DNA from: an uncultured Hormoscilla sp.
GTDB lineage: Bacteria; Cyanobacteriota; Cyanobacteriia; Cyanobacteriales; Desertifilaceae
Reading direction: 5' to 3'
Length of the DNA stretch: 64,000 nucleotides
Assembly (NCBI GenBank): GCA_963921275.4
Contig: OZ001293.3
Span: 1,056,001-1,120,000, forward strand
The notes below the pieces were generated by a model, which was not told the origin of the DNA, made no database searches, and saw only the letters and a program-made list of their open reading frames with translations. This document shows, one piece after another, positions 46,695 through 56,937 of this stretch. A program made the translations under genes and the position numbers. Numbering within the stretch: the stretch's first letter is position 1; the number at the start of each line of letters is the position of its first letter.

Positions 46695-46888
46695 ATTGTA
46701 GCATATAAAAATAAATAAGTCAAGGAAAAATTGTTAGTGGTCAGTTGTCAGTTGCTCCGGACTTGTCCCGTCGGAGAGTCAGTTGTCAGGAGGCATGGTA
46801 CGTGGTCAAGGGAGTAAAATGCCGGAAACACTGGCGGTGGGGCTCCGAGAGGGGATAGGTGAGCCAATTCACCATCTGGTAAAAGGTA

Positions 46889-47012
46889 AGCTGTAGCGAA
46901 GCGTGCATTCAAATTGCATAGTCCAAAATAGCCGTTCTGGCTGAAACGCTTATGGGTCGAGGGTTGCCTCGACCCATAAGCCCCAATATGCAGTTTAGAT
47001 GCGCGACAGCTT
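46889..47012. mobile_element. ~120-bp MITE (end TATGCAGTTTAGATGCGCGACAGCTT); related copies at 28798-28911, ~23810-23866 and ~26415-26442
   Basis: Shared terminal sequence and internal blocks across four sites. Confidence 0.7.
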
Positions 47013-47263
47013 ATCAAAAATGGCAGTATAGAAGGCGATTGACTTCTATACTGCCCAAATCCAGATAAATAGCGGTGTCCTCGATCCATATCGGGTAAGC
47101 AGCACTTAGAATAAACCATGGAAAAGTCGTATGCATGGGAGTTTTGGCGTAAGACAGTAAAAATACTCCCACATCCGGGTGACCCCCGCCATCGTTGAAT
47201 CAGCAAACGGTGGCGGGGGATTTAAGGCCCGTTCAGATAAACCCAAAGGAGAGACAAGACAAA

Positions 47264-47575
47264 ATGAATAAAGGCGAATTGGTGGATACAGTAGCTGAGA
47301 AGGCTCAGGTGACGAAGAAGCAGGCAGACGCCGTGCTGAGTGCTGCCTTAGAAACAATTATCGAAGTAGTTGCTGGAGGCGATAAGGTGACGCTAGTGGG
47401 GTTTGGCTCCTTTGAGCCGCGGGAGCGCAAGGCCCGTGAGGGACGCAATCCCAAGACAGGCGATAAGATGGAAATACCAGCTACTAAGGTACCAGCTTTT
47501 TCAGCTGGCAAGTCGTTTAAGGATAAGGTGGCACCACACAAGAAATCCAATGCAGTGGAAGAGGAGCAAGATTAA
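47264..47575 (+). CDS. hup: HU DNA-binding protein
   Basis: MNKGELVD...VTLVGFGSFE.RERKAREGRNPKTG...VPAFSAGK. Confidence 0.97.
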   Translation: MNKGELVDTVAEKAQVTKKQADAVLSAALETIIEVVAGGDKVTLVGFGSFEPRERKAREGRNPKTGDKMEIPATKVPAFSAGKSFKDKVAPHKKSNAVEEEQD

Positions 47576-47585
47576 TCCTTGGTCG

Positions 47586-48773
47586 GTGTCTCCTAGGAGC
47601 GCTACGAGCACTACCCAGAAGACACCGAAGACTCCTGTACATGGGGGGAATTTAGTCTGGGCAGCTGCACTGGCAGGCTGTTCAGCAGAGGAATTACTGG
47701 ATTTCTCTGCCAATATCAATCCTTTGGGACCTCCCGAAACGGCTCTCGCGGCTATTACTGCCCACTTGGACGCCTTGAAAGCCTATCCCGACCCAGATTA
47801 TCAGCAGCTGCGGCAGGCGTTGGCTCAAATGCACCAGCTGCCGCCGGAGTGGATTCTACCCGGCAATGGTGCTGCGGAGTTGCTGACTTGGGTGGCTTGG
47901 TCCTTGTCTCGGTTGGAGGCAACCTATTTAGTCACTCCTGCCTTTGGAGACTACTGGCGGGCACTCCGGGCATTTAATGTCAAGGTGCTGGAGTGTCCTT
48001 TGTCAGTGGTCAGCAGTCGCTGCCTCCTGGGTAGTGCGGTTATGATGTCCCCCGGGTTTCGCCGTGCGTCCGGGGGACATCAAGCTCCCAGGAGGCAGCG
48101 AAAGTGGTCATTAGCTTGGAACTTCGGATCGCAGACATTGGAGAAAGGTTTACTACTCAATAATCCCCATAATCCCACAGGTCTGCTGTGGACCAGAGAG
48201 GAGATTTGCTCCATCCTGGAGAGGTTTGCTCTGGTGGTGGTGGATGAGGCGTTTATGGATTTTCTACCCCCAGACCAGGAGCAAAGCTTAATCCCGGTGG
48301 TACGGGATTATCCCCATTTGGTAATCCTGCGATCGCTCACCAAGTTCTACAGTCTGCCGGGACTGCGCCTGGGTTATGCGATCGCCCATCCAGACCGGCG
48401 GCAACAGTGGCGTGCTTGGCGCGACCCCTGGCCAGTGAACACCTTGGCAGCAGCAGCAGGAGTGGCCTGCGTGGGGGATACTCAATTCCAACAGCAAACT
48501 TGGTCCTGGTTGCCTCCAACCAGGTACGATCTGTTCGGGGGGTTAGGGTCTTTACCCGGCTTGCAACCTTTCCCCAGTGCGGCTAACTTTTTATTGGTAG
48601 AGTCGGACTACCCCAGTTCCCAGTTGCAGTCAGCTTTACTATTGCACTACCAGCTTCTGATTCGGGATTGTCTGAGTTTCTCCGAATTGGGCGATCGCTA
48701 CTTCCGAGTAGCTGTACGTTCCGTAGCGGACAACCAGCGTTTACTCTCCAGTCTAGCCGACCTACTTTCCTAA
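47586..48773 (+). CDS. cobD: Threonine-phosphate decarboxylase; start approximate; in-frame palindromic insert at 48018-48100
   Basis: HGGN, LDFSANINPLG, GNGAAE, NNPHNPTG, VDEAFMDF, RSLTKFYSLPGLRLGY, IRDC.SF. Confidence 0.92.
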   Translation: MSPRSATSTTQKTPKTPVHGGNLVWAAALAGCSAEELLDFSANINPLGPPETALAAITAHLDALKAYPDPDYQQLRQALAQMHQLPPEWILPGNGAAELLTWVAWSLSRLEATYLVTPAFGDYWRALRAFNVKVLECPLSVVSSRCLLGSAVMMSPGFRRASGGHQAPRRQRKWSLAWNFGSQTLEKGLLLNNPHNPTGLLWTREEICSILERFALVVVDEAFMDFLPPDQEQSLIPVVRDYPHLVILRSLTKFYSLPGLRLGYAIAHPDRRQQWRAWRDPWPVNTLAAAAGVACVGDTQFQQQTWSWLPPTRYDLFGGLGSLPGLQPFPSAANFLLVESDYPSSQLQSALLLHYQLLIRDCLSFSELGDRYFRVAVRSVADNQRLLSSLADLLS

Positions 48774-48913
48774 TCCCAGTTCTCTATATGGGAGCTACAC
48801 TTTCGCTAGCTGTTAAACAGCTAGCGCCAATTTTTTACTCAGAAAGCTATTATTAGCGATATGTAGCATTTGAAAAAAATAGAGTAATTGGTCGTTATTA
48901 GTCTAAAAAACAG

Positions 48914-50395
48914 ATGACAGTTGAGTACGATTTAGTTGTGATTGGTGGCAGCACTGCTGGTGTGTATGCGGCAACTGCTGCCGCCCAGCTGAAAGCCCGC
49001 GTCGCCCTGGTAAAACCCCAACTGTCTGGGACTCCCAGGGGTGCTATGGTTCCCGATTTCTCGGGATTTCGACACAAGGATTGCCTACACCAGGTGGGAC
49101 GGGTAGCCCAGCTGCTGCGTGAGAGGGCAGGCTTGGGATTTAGCATAAATGTCCCAGCAACGGGTGATGCTAGGGGAATGCAATTTGCTGATGCACAGCA
49201 ATGGGCCGCAACTGTTGAAAGTACCCTCCAATCACAGCAAGAACCAGCTTTGTTGGCGTCTTTGGGGGTAGATGTGATTATCGATCAGGGTGAATTTGTC
49301 TACCACCGGAACCAGCCTGTATTTGCAGTCAGCGATCGCCGTCTGCGCGCCTCTGCCTACTTAATCGCCACTGGTTCAAGTCCGGATGTCCCAGATCTAG
49401 AAGGACTGCTATCTACTGGCTATGTGACGACTGAAACCCTGGGTAGTCTGGAAAAGCTACCGGAAACAGTAGTGGTGATTGGATCGGATCCCGTTGGAGT
49501 GGAACTAGGTCAGACTTTGGCCCGGCTAGGTAGTCGAGTTACACTGGTAGTCAGTAGTCCCCAGATTTTTCCAAAAGAGGATCCAGAGGCGGGACAACTG
49601 ATTCAAGCGCAGTTAGAAGCAGAGGGGATAAAGGTTCTCACCCAAACTGAAGTAACTCAAGCTAAGCTGCTGGAGAACAAAAAGTGGATTCAGGCCGGAA
49701 ATAAGGCGATCGAGGCTGATGAAATTTTCCTAGCAATGGGTCAACGCCCAAGCCTGCCCGATATCACCTGCTTAAATCTGGAGGCGGTTGGGGTCAAGTG
49801 GAACAGCAGGTGCATTCAGACTAATCAAAAACTGCAAACTACTAATCCCCGCATTTACGCCTGTGGAGATATTATTGGTGGCTATCGGTTTGGGCATTTG
49901 GCCATTTATGAAGCCGTAATTGCCTTAAAAAATGCTTTATTTTTCCCAATATTTAATGTAGATTACCTCCCAATTCCTTGGGCAATATTTTCCTCACCAG
50001 AGTTGGCACGAGTGGGGTTGACAGAAGCGCAAGCCAGACGCAGGTATGGTAAGGATGTGTTAGCGGTGCGGCAATATTTTAAGACTGTTGAGGCTGCTGT
50101 TATCCGGGGGGAAACTACAGGTTTTTGTAAGCTGATTGGACGGCGCAATGGTCAAATTTTGGGAGCTACTATTGTCGGACCTGCTGCTAGTGAGTTGATC
50201 GGGACGATCGCTCTAGCGATGGGGCAGAAGATTAAGTTAGTATCCCTGAATCTGGATGCTATTGTCAGACCCACTCTTTCAGAAATTATTTCTCAAACTG
50301 CTCTCGAATGGAGACGCCAACGCTTCACCCACAACACCCGCAAGCAAAATTTCCTTGAAAGCTTCTTTAGTCTGCGTCGTTCTTGGTCAAATTGA
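48914..50395 (+). CDS. FAD/NAD(P) pyridine nucleotide-disulfide oxidoreductase family (MerA/LpdA-like fold)
   Basis: YDLVVIGG, IATGS, IYACGD, PWAIFSSPELARVGLTE, GQILGATIVG; the CxxxxC redox pair is not seen. Confidence 0.88.
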   Translation: MTVEYDLVVIGGSTAGVYAATAAAQLKARVALVKPQLSGTPRGAMVPDFSGFRHKDCLHQVGRVAQLLRERAGLGFSINVPATGDARGMQFADAQQWAATVESTLQSQQEPALLASLGVDVIIDQGEFVYHRNQPVFAVSDRRLRASAYLIATGSSPDVPDLEGLLSTGYVTTETLGSLEKLPETVVVIGSDPVGVELGQTLARLGSRVTLVVSSPQIFPKEDPEAGQLIQAQLEAEGIKVLTQTEVTQAKLLENKKWIQAGNKAIEADEIFLAMGQRPSLPDITCLNLEAVGVKWNSRCIQTNQKLQTTNPRIYACGDIIGGYRFGHLAIYEAVIALKNALFFPIFNVDYLPIPWAIFSSPELARVGLTEAQARRRYGKDVLAVRQYFKTVEAAVIRGETTGFCKLIGRRNGQILGATIVGPAASELIGTIALAMGQKIKLVSLNLDAIVRPTLSEIISQTALEWRRQRFTHNTRKQNFLESFFSLRRSWSN

Positions 50396-50603
50396 GAATT
50401 GAGAATTGAGAATTGAAAAAGGTAAATTTATTTATTCATGGGGCAGGTTGGGACCATGTTTCATTCGCAATTTGCCATGTTCTATCTGATGCAAAAGCAC
50501 TGGTAACCGATCGCCGATCGCTGACACTAGCGAATCTCTAGCGACACCAGCGAAATTAGTTCGGAAAAGCGAGCAAAATCACCCCTGTTGTACGTCAGCA
50601 AGT

Positions 50604-50776
50604 GCGGAGGAAGCTGTGACAGAGGAAGCTATAATGGAAGAAGCTGTAGCGGAGGAAGCTATAATGAAAGAAGCTGTAGCGGAGGAAGCTGTGGCGGAAG
50701 AAGCTGTGGCGGAGGAAGCTGTAGCGAAGGAAGCTGTAGCGGAGGAAGCTATAGCGGAGGAAGCTGTGGCGGAGGA
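50604..50776 (+). repeat. 15-bp tandem repeat (GCGGAGGAAGCTGTR), about 11.5 units
   Basis: Read directly; translates as (AEEAV/I)n in one frame. Confidence 0.9.
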
Positions 50777-50791
50777 GATATCTCTTAACCA

Positions 50792-50962
50792 TTGAAGCGG
50801 AACCTGTCAAGGTTAAAGTGGATATCTGTTAACTGTTGAAGCGGAATCTATCAACTTTAAAGTGGATATCTGTTAACTGTTGAAGCGGAATCTATCAACT
50901 TTAAAGTGGATATCTGTTAACTGTTGAAGCGGAATCTATCAACTTTAAAGTGGATATCTGTT
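50792..50962 (+). repeat. 44-bp tandem repeat, about 4 units, each made of two related ~22-bp halves
   Basis: TTGAAGCGGAATCTATCAACTTTAAAGTGGATATCTGTTAACTG at 50792 (variant), 50836, 50880 and 50924 (partial). Confidence 0.92.
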
Positions 50963-50985
50963 GACATAAGAAATAGGAGATTGAC

Positions 50986-51228
50986 ATGAATCTAACTGAA
51001 AATCTAATTGGACCGTATCGTTTCTTGGCCAATTATGAAAACGAGGGGTATATAGTGCTACCCTTAGCATGGGTGAAAGACTACGTTACCTGGACATTTG
51101 GAGATTTCATCCTAGCGGGAAAAGTGAATGCTTGTAAAGTTTCTTTGAGGGCGTCGATTGCCATAATTCGGGCAGGTTTTCGGAAAAGAAGGTTTACGGT
51201 TACGAACCTCTACCTTGGAGCGAGGTAA
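50986..51228 (+). CDS. Hypothetical protein (80 aa)
   Basis: AGGAG RBS-like sequence upstream of ATG; no family recognised. Confidence 0.4.
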   Translation: MNLTENLIGPYRFLANYENEGYIVLPLAWVKDYVTWTFGDFILAGKVNACKVSLRASIAIIRAGFRKRRFTVTNLYLGAR

Positions 51229-51380
51229 AAGATCTAAAGAGTGAGAACGGAATTGTCGACTATCTAGACATCAGGGGGGAGTTTTGCACATTCACGTTAT
51301 GCCAACTCAAGACCGACTCTAAGCTGGCAAAGTTCTTTCCGAATGAGGTTCTAGACAAGGTAGTAAGCTATTTCCATGAG

Positions 51381-51647
51381 GTGTACGAGAAAGTTCAAGA
51401 TAAGACTGGGGACCATTATAGCGGGATCGTGTTGAAGGCTTCTTACCTCCTCCAGGTAACTGAAACAAATGAAAATGCTTGTCTGATCCTTCCAAAAGTG
51501 AAGATATCAGAGAAGTCGCCCAAAAAGGTGAGACCACTTCTAACCACGGTGTTCTATCCTCATAATTTTCATTGGAGCATTCCTGAGACTGGCCAGTTTG
51601 CGGAAGAGATAGAACGTCTCCAAGCTCTCCGGAAGAAAGTGTCTTAA
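51381..51647 (+). CDS. Hypothetical protein (88 aa)
   Basis: ORF followed directly by a long hairpin. Confidence 0.4.
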   Translation: MYEKVQDKTGDHYSGIVLKASYLLQVTETNENACLILPKVKISEKSPKKVRPLLTTVFYPHNFHWSIPETGQFAEEIERLQALRKKVS

Positions 51648-51649
51648 CT

Positions 51650-51710
51650 AAAAGAAAACTTTCCCTCGAAAGGTAAAAGAAAACTTCCCCTTTGAGGGAA
51701 AGTTTTCTTT
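51650..51710. terminator. Long inverted repeat AAAAGAAAACTTTCCCTC...GAGGGAAAGTTTTCTTTT (possible bidirectional terminator)
   Basis: 18-bp perfect arms with A/T tails, plus a third direct copy of the left arm in the loop. Confidence 0.55.
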
Positions 51711-51734
51711 TATAATAGAACTTGGAATCAAAAG

Positions 51735-52208
51735 ATGGCTTTAGACCTTATGTTTATTATCCAAGTGACCCAGAATCTAGGTTTTTTATTTCCTCTCAAT
51801 ACGAGAGAGACAATAACATCTCTATATAAATCTCAGGTTGTAAGTAGATATAATTTTCAAGGCAATCTCATAGAGACTTATGCTGGATTTAGTACGAGTC
51901 TCTATACTCAAATAGATCGTTTCCTTTTTTCTCAAGCAATCAGCGATCTGCGAATAGCTATGCTTCTAGAAAGCCAATGCTCTTACTGTTCCATTAACAC
52001 CATAGCAATAGGGTATTATCTAGATTATTGCTCAAAAAAACAGCAATTACCTAAATGGAGTGAAATGCTCAAAGCCTGTAAACATTACGAAATCATACTT
52101 ATTAGAAAGAAGTGGGCTTTGTTAAAACAGCAAAACAGTTCCCGAAAACGTATAATAACTATTCCTCCTGTTACACCTACTTTAAGGGGGATCTTTAACC
52201 TTTTGTAG
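51735..52208 (+). CDS. Hypothetical protein (157 aa)
   Basis: AT-rich ORF; no family recognised. Confidence 0.45.
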   Translation: MALDLMFIIQVTQNLGFLFPLNTRETITSLYKSQVVSRYNFQGNLIETYAGFSTSLYTQIDRFLFSQAISDLRIAMLLESQCSYCSINTIAIGYYLDYCSKKQQLPKWSEMLKACKHYEIILIRKKWALLKQQNSSRKRIITIPPVTPTLRGIFNLL

Positions 52209-52264
52209 TAACATTGGGTTACATTAAAGGGGAGAATAAACCTTACTAGACCTTACTAGACACT

Positions 52265-53740
52265 ATGACTTATAGAGCTTTACACAAACCTAATCAATTG
52301 ATTTACGGTACAGGGCAAACAGCAGTAGTCACGGGCTGGACTATCAAGCAAGCAGTTGCTAAACATTTGCATGTGACTGAATTTGCTGTAATTGGTCAGC
52401 TATACAGCCCGACAAGAGGCATTAGTCTGCTAGTCAGGAATTTGTTAGCTAATCCCCACGTGCGTTTCTTAGTAGCACTAAACGCTACCAAAGAAGATCG
52501 GAATGCTGGTGGAATAATCTGTTTGTTGGATTTCTTCCGCAACGGGTTTACAGAAGGCAAAAGTGATACAAATCGCCCCTGCTGGCTCATTAATTCTTCC
52601 ATCCCTGGCTACATTGATATAGAAATCGATCCTAGCATACTACTTCAGCTGCGAGAGTCGGTAGAATGGCAAGAGGTATCCTCGATCGCCCAAGCAGTCA
52701 GTCAAGTTAAGTTATACGCGCAACGCGGTGTAGTTCCACCTTGGGGTTCGCCGCAGGAATTTCCTCTGACTGAGATCGGGAGTAAGATATTGCCTGGACC
52801 CCGTTACGGACATAGAATTGAAGGTCAGACGATCGCCCAAACTTGGGTAAAGATTATTCATAGGATCAGAACTACAGGAACTCTGCGACCTACGGGTTAT
52901 GATGGCCAATGGCAAGAGTTAATTGATTTGATGGCTGTGGTGACGGATGAACCCCATGATTTCTATTTTCCCGAACCAAATTATTTGCCGGTAGAGCGTG
53001 CCTTTATTCAAGAGTACATTCCGCAAATTTTAGATGATGCTCCCTACCGGGAAGGAGTAAAGTATACTTACGGTCAACGCTTGCGGTCCTGGTTTGGACG
53101 AGACCAAATCGAGCAGGTGATCGCTAAATTAATTGGAGAAATTGACGCGGCTAGTGCAGTTATGTCTCTCTGGGATGTGCAGGACCACGAAAAGGGTGGT
53201 AGCCCTTGCTTAAATCATATTTGGGTCAGGGTTGTCGATCGGGAATTGTCTTTGACGGCGACGATTCGCAGTAATGATATGTATATGGCTTGGCCTGCAA
53301 ATGCTATCGGGTTACGGGCTTTGCAGCAATATATCCGAGGTGCGATCGCTTCTCGTTCTGATTATGACCTGAAGATGGGACCGCTGATTACTGTAAGTCA
53401 AAGCGCTCATCTATATGACGATACTTTTGAAAATGCCGATGGGCTGATTAAAACCCAATATGCCAAAATCTGTCAGCAACGAGACTATCACGATCCTACA
53501 GGTAATTTTGTCATTACCGTGCAGTCCGGTAAAATCCTGGTAGAACAAATGACACCTGGTTTGGGAGAGGTAGTTAACCGTTATGAGGGCAGATCCGCCC
53601 TTTCGCTTTATCGGCAAATTGCGGCAGACTGTCAAGGGATGGAAGTGGAACATGCCATGTACTTGGGCACGGAGTTGCAAAAGGCCGAGATCGCTTTGTC
53701 TAGGAAACAGGTCTACGAACAGGATAAACCACTCTCATGA
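52265..53740 (+). CDS. thyA: Multidomain thymidylate synthase-family protein (N-terminal MtrA-like, central ThyA-like, C-terminal DUF4346-like)
   Basis: YTYGQRLR, SPCLNHIW (catalytic Cys), RSNDM, WPAN, SQSAHLY; N-terminal GISLLVRNLLANPHVRFL; C-terminal HAMYLGTELQKAE...YEQD. Confidence 0.8.
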   Translation: MTYRALHKPNQLIYGTGQTAVVTGWTIKQAVAKHLHVTEFAVIGQLYSPTRGISLLVRNLLANPHVRFLVALNATKEDRNAGGIICLLDFFRNGFTEGKSDTNRPCWLINSSIPGYIDIEIDPSILLQLRESVEWQEVSSIAQAVSQVKLYAQRGVVPPWGSPQEFPLTEIGSKILPGPRYGHRIEGQTIAQTWVKIIHRIRTTGTLRPTGYDGQWQELIDLMAVVTDEPHDFYFPEPNYLPVERAFIQEYIPQILDDAPYREGVKYTYGQRLRSWFGRDQIEQVIAKLIGEIDAASAVMSLWDVQDHEKGGSPCLNHIWVRVVDRELSLTATIRSNDMYMAWPANAIGLRALQQYIRGAIASRSDYDLKMGPLITVSQSAHLYDDTFENADGLIKTQYAKICQQRDYHDPTGNFVITVQSGKILVEQMTPGLGEVVNRYEGRSALSLYRQIAADCQGMEVEHAMYLGTELQKAEIALSRKQVYEQDKPLS

Positions 53741-54306
53741 ATTCTTTGGGGCAGGATGATATAATGAATATGGAAGCAGAAAGACCAACATGGGACGAGT
53801 ATTTCCTGATGTTGGCTAAGCTGGCAGCTACTCGTTCAACTTGTCTCGCTTTTCCCGTGGGGGCGGTAATAGTTAAAGATCGGCAAGTTCTGGCAACGGG
53901 TTACAATGGTTCCCCGTCTGGTTCAGTTCATTGTACGGCTCAGGGATATTGCTATCCGGGGCTGAGTAGCTGCGATGCTAGTAAGATTTTGCCCTCCCGC
54001 GCTGTCCATGCTGAGGCAAATGCGATCGCCCAAGCAGCCAAGCACGGAATTTCCACAGATGGTGCCAGTATTTACGTTACCTTAGAACCTTGCCTCTCTT
54101 GCTTGAAGTTAATTATTTCTGCAGGAATTCATGAAGTTTTCTATGAAACAATTTTCAACAGTGGAGAAAAAGCCTTAGTGAGAGATTCCTTTATCTCCGA
54201 TGGCTTAGTTACCCTGAAACAAATTTGCCTCGATGAAGCTACTGCTAAAAGAGCAGCTTCATTCCTACTTCATCCCACTTCGGTTAAAAGCGATCGCTGT
54301 GGTTAG
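53737..54306 (+). CDS. dCMP deaminase family protein
   Basis: RPTWDEYF, RSTC, VGAVIV, TGYNG, HAEANA, PCLSC. Confidence 0.93.
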   Translation: MNSLGQDDIMNMEAERPTWDEYFLMLAKLAATRSTCLAFPVGAVIVKDRQVLATGYNGSPSGSVHCTAQGYCYPGLSSCDASKILPSRAVHAEANAIAQAAKHGISTDGASIYVTLEPCLSCLKLIISAGIHEVFYETIFNSGEKALVRDSFISDGLVTLKQICLDEATAKRAASFLLHPTSVKSDRCG

Positions 54307-54578
54307 TAATTCCCTCACTTCGCTGTTAGCCCGCCGGGGGTTAAAACCCCCGGCTAATAGCTAAAGTCGGTTAAAACCGACTGAAAACCTTATGGCCCCT
54401 ATTATGCACTACAATTTGTAACATTTAAGTAATATGTAATGGTACGGCAAGATTGCAATTATCGTACATTTTGTAACATGCAATATATCTGGTGATTTGG
54501 CCAACTAAACGTATAATTTTTTATACGGATAAGAGTTTTTCGGTTCCCTTTCATCACCAAGCGCTTGTAATCATTGTG

Positions 54579-56937
54579 ATTGAACTAAGCCAGGGAGTCA
54601 TCCCCCCGACTCGTCTTCAAAACCGGACGATCTGCTTTTCACCTCATCCGGCTCCTCAGTAATGCCACCCTTGTCATGGGTACGGCTACTACCATCACTG
54701 GCAGTTTTTTTATGTCGTGGCAGTGTTTGTGCAACAGTTGTAGGTTATCCCACCGGTCCTTACCACCTAATGAAAGCGGCTTAATGTGGTCTACTTCCCA
54801 ACTATCGCTATCCTTAAACGTTAATCCGCAATGTTGGCATTTCCCTTTTTGCATCCTGAGCAGCTTTGCTACTCTATTGCTCAATTCTGGGTTTCTGCCT
54901 AGTCTCGTGCTCCAATATGTGAGGTTCTCATCGTATGGGCTGGCTGTTCCTTTGACCTTTATATGTCTTACTATTTCTACACTTGCGTGTCGATATAGTT
55001 CCACATCCCCTTCTCGAAATCGCCATTGTCCATTTTGGCCTATTGACCAATAATTTCTGGCTATCCAACCTTTTGATTTATTAGGGTGCCTTCTTTTTGC
55101 CCATTTCCACAGGATTTCCCATAGGTAACTGTCCATATCCGAGTAAGTTTCTTTGCTTACTCCTGTCCTCAAGTAGTTGGCCCATCCTCGTATTATCGGA
55201 TTCAGTTTGCTTATCAGGGCAGCTTGTGGAGCTGCTTTATGTTTGTTTACTACTTCTGCCAGTCTTTCCTTGAGCTTACCTATGGATTTATTACTGGGTT
55301 TGATGAGGGTTTTGTAGCCTAGGGGTTTTCCATTTATACTCTTGCCGCTTCTGTACTTACTTACCTCATATTGCCTTATGTTGAATCCTAGGAAATCAAA
55401 TCCTGGTTCTTCTCCTTTTAGCATATGAGATATCTTTGTCTTTTCAGGCTTTAGTTCTAGTCCTATCCCTTTTAGCCACTCTGCTACGACCTTTTGCGCT
55501 TCTTCTATCTTTTCTTTGTCGTCGTGCATTACCACAAAGTCATCTGCATATCTAACTACTGTCAGTTTATGTTTTTCATTTTGTGTTTTTGCGAGTTCCA
55601 TTACAGCTTCTTCTAACCCGTGTAGGGCTATATTGGCTAGTAACGGTGATATGACTCCTCCCGTACCCTCTTTAGTTTCATACCATTCTTTCTTGTCTAT
55701 CACCCCGGCTTTTAACCATGCTCGTATCTGTTTACGAATTGGTGAAGTCGTATTTAGTTTTTCCATCAGCGCTTTATGGTCAATTTTATCGAAGCATTTG
55801 GCTATATCAGCATCTAAAACCCATTTGGATTTCTGTTTGATGCTATTAAATATTGCTCCGATTGCATCATGGCACCCTCTTCCCGGTCTGAATCCGTAGG
55901 AGTTACCTTCCATATACGCTTCCCATTCAGGATAACTGCGCAATTTTAAGTAACCCCTGTGTCGCACGGTCGTACATTGTCGGTATTCCTAATGGACGTT
56001 TTTCGTCCCTCTCTGGCTTTGGTATCCAGACCCGCCTTGCAGGTTTGGCCTTGTTTGAGATTTCTATTTGTCCTACCAGTTCCAGTCGTTGCTTTGGGGT
56101 CAGTGATTTTACACCATCCACACCTGCTGTCTTCTTTCCCTGGTTATCTTGTGTTACCTGTCGTACCGCTAGACTTTTGGCCGCCCGGGATTTTACCAGT
56201 AACCTCCTCTGCCTGCGAACTGTCCGCTTATCTCCACGTTGTGCCGCTCTGTAAATTCGCTTTTGCAACTTGAAGACTACCCTCTCTAGCTTCCGCCAGG
56301 GGGTATCCTTCCATTCATTCATCAATATATTTACCGTGCTCATGACATATACATTGCTACTTGCAACTCTACTTTTGACATTACCGTGAGGGCGTCAGCG
56401 TATCCTATCCATTACGGACAGGCGTTTGCTTCTCCACAGTATGACCTGCCTGATGGAAGCAGATGTTACGCCTTTGGTGGCTACTCTATCTATCGACCGG
56501 TGATAGAGAGTGCATACCTGGTTTACTTCGTTCCTATAGATGATTGTTCGTAGTTTTAGATGGATTCCCTACGCCGGGTTTGTTGTCAGTGCTTGCTGGT
56601 CGAATATTAAACCGCCAGCGACCTTTATCCTTTCCCTTTTGGGCCAGTGTGTCAGCCTTATTTCACTGGTTTTAAGTTACGACGCTGTAAATCTTCGCTT
56701 ACGCTCATCATGACTACTTGCTCGACGATAACCGGTGTGGGCTACCAGTTAGGGCGCCTTTTAACCCCGCTTTACGGATTGATGCCATCGCTACCGTAGG
56801 GGTTATGCTTTCAGTCCTGCACCTGGACGGGTGGGCTTTCACCACCATCATCTATAAGTTGTCTAGACTAATGAAATCTAGCTAGTGGTCCCCCAACTTG
56901 ACTTGTGTCAAGCATGTTTACACTAAACGAGTCGCAC
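54579..56937 (-). mobile_element. Group II intron with a decayed RT-maturase-HNH ORF, inserted in a MITE
   Basis: Minus strand starts GTGCGACTCGTTTAG at 56937; DV GAGCCGGATGAGGTGAAAAGCAGATCGTCCGGTTT; ends GGCTTAGTTCAAT at 54579. Confidence 0.95.
54639..56343 (-). pseudogene. ltrA: Group II intron RT/maturase/HNH, frameshifted
   Basis: Two frames (55927-56343 and 54639-55967); PQ missing from the TPQGG motif (reads EGTGGVISP); YADDF and HNH present; another shift near 54705. Confidence 0.92.

Noticed and set aside
47403..47585. N-terminal extension of CobD
   Set aside because: It overlaps the HU gene in another frame; the homology starts near HGGN.
48914..50395. Mercuric reductase or dihydrolipoamide dehydrogenase call
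   Set aside because: The redox-active CxxxxC and the C-terminal Cys pair are not visible, so only the family is assigned.
50588..50788. Gly/Ser/Cys-rich 66-aa ORF as a RiPP precursor
   Set aside because: It is an alternative frame of the 15-bp repeat, with no leader peptide and no nearby maturase; the variation fits the AEEAV frame better.
50792..50962. CRISPR array
   Set aside because: The repeats are head-to-tail with no unique spacers, and there are no cas genes in the window.
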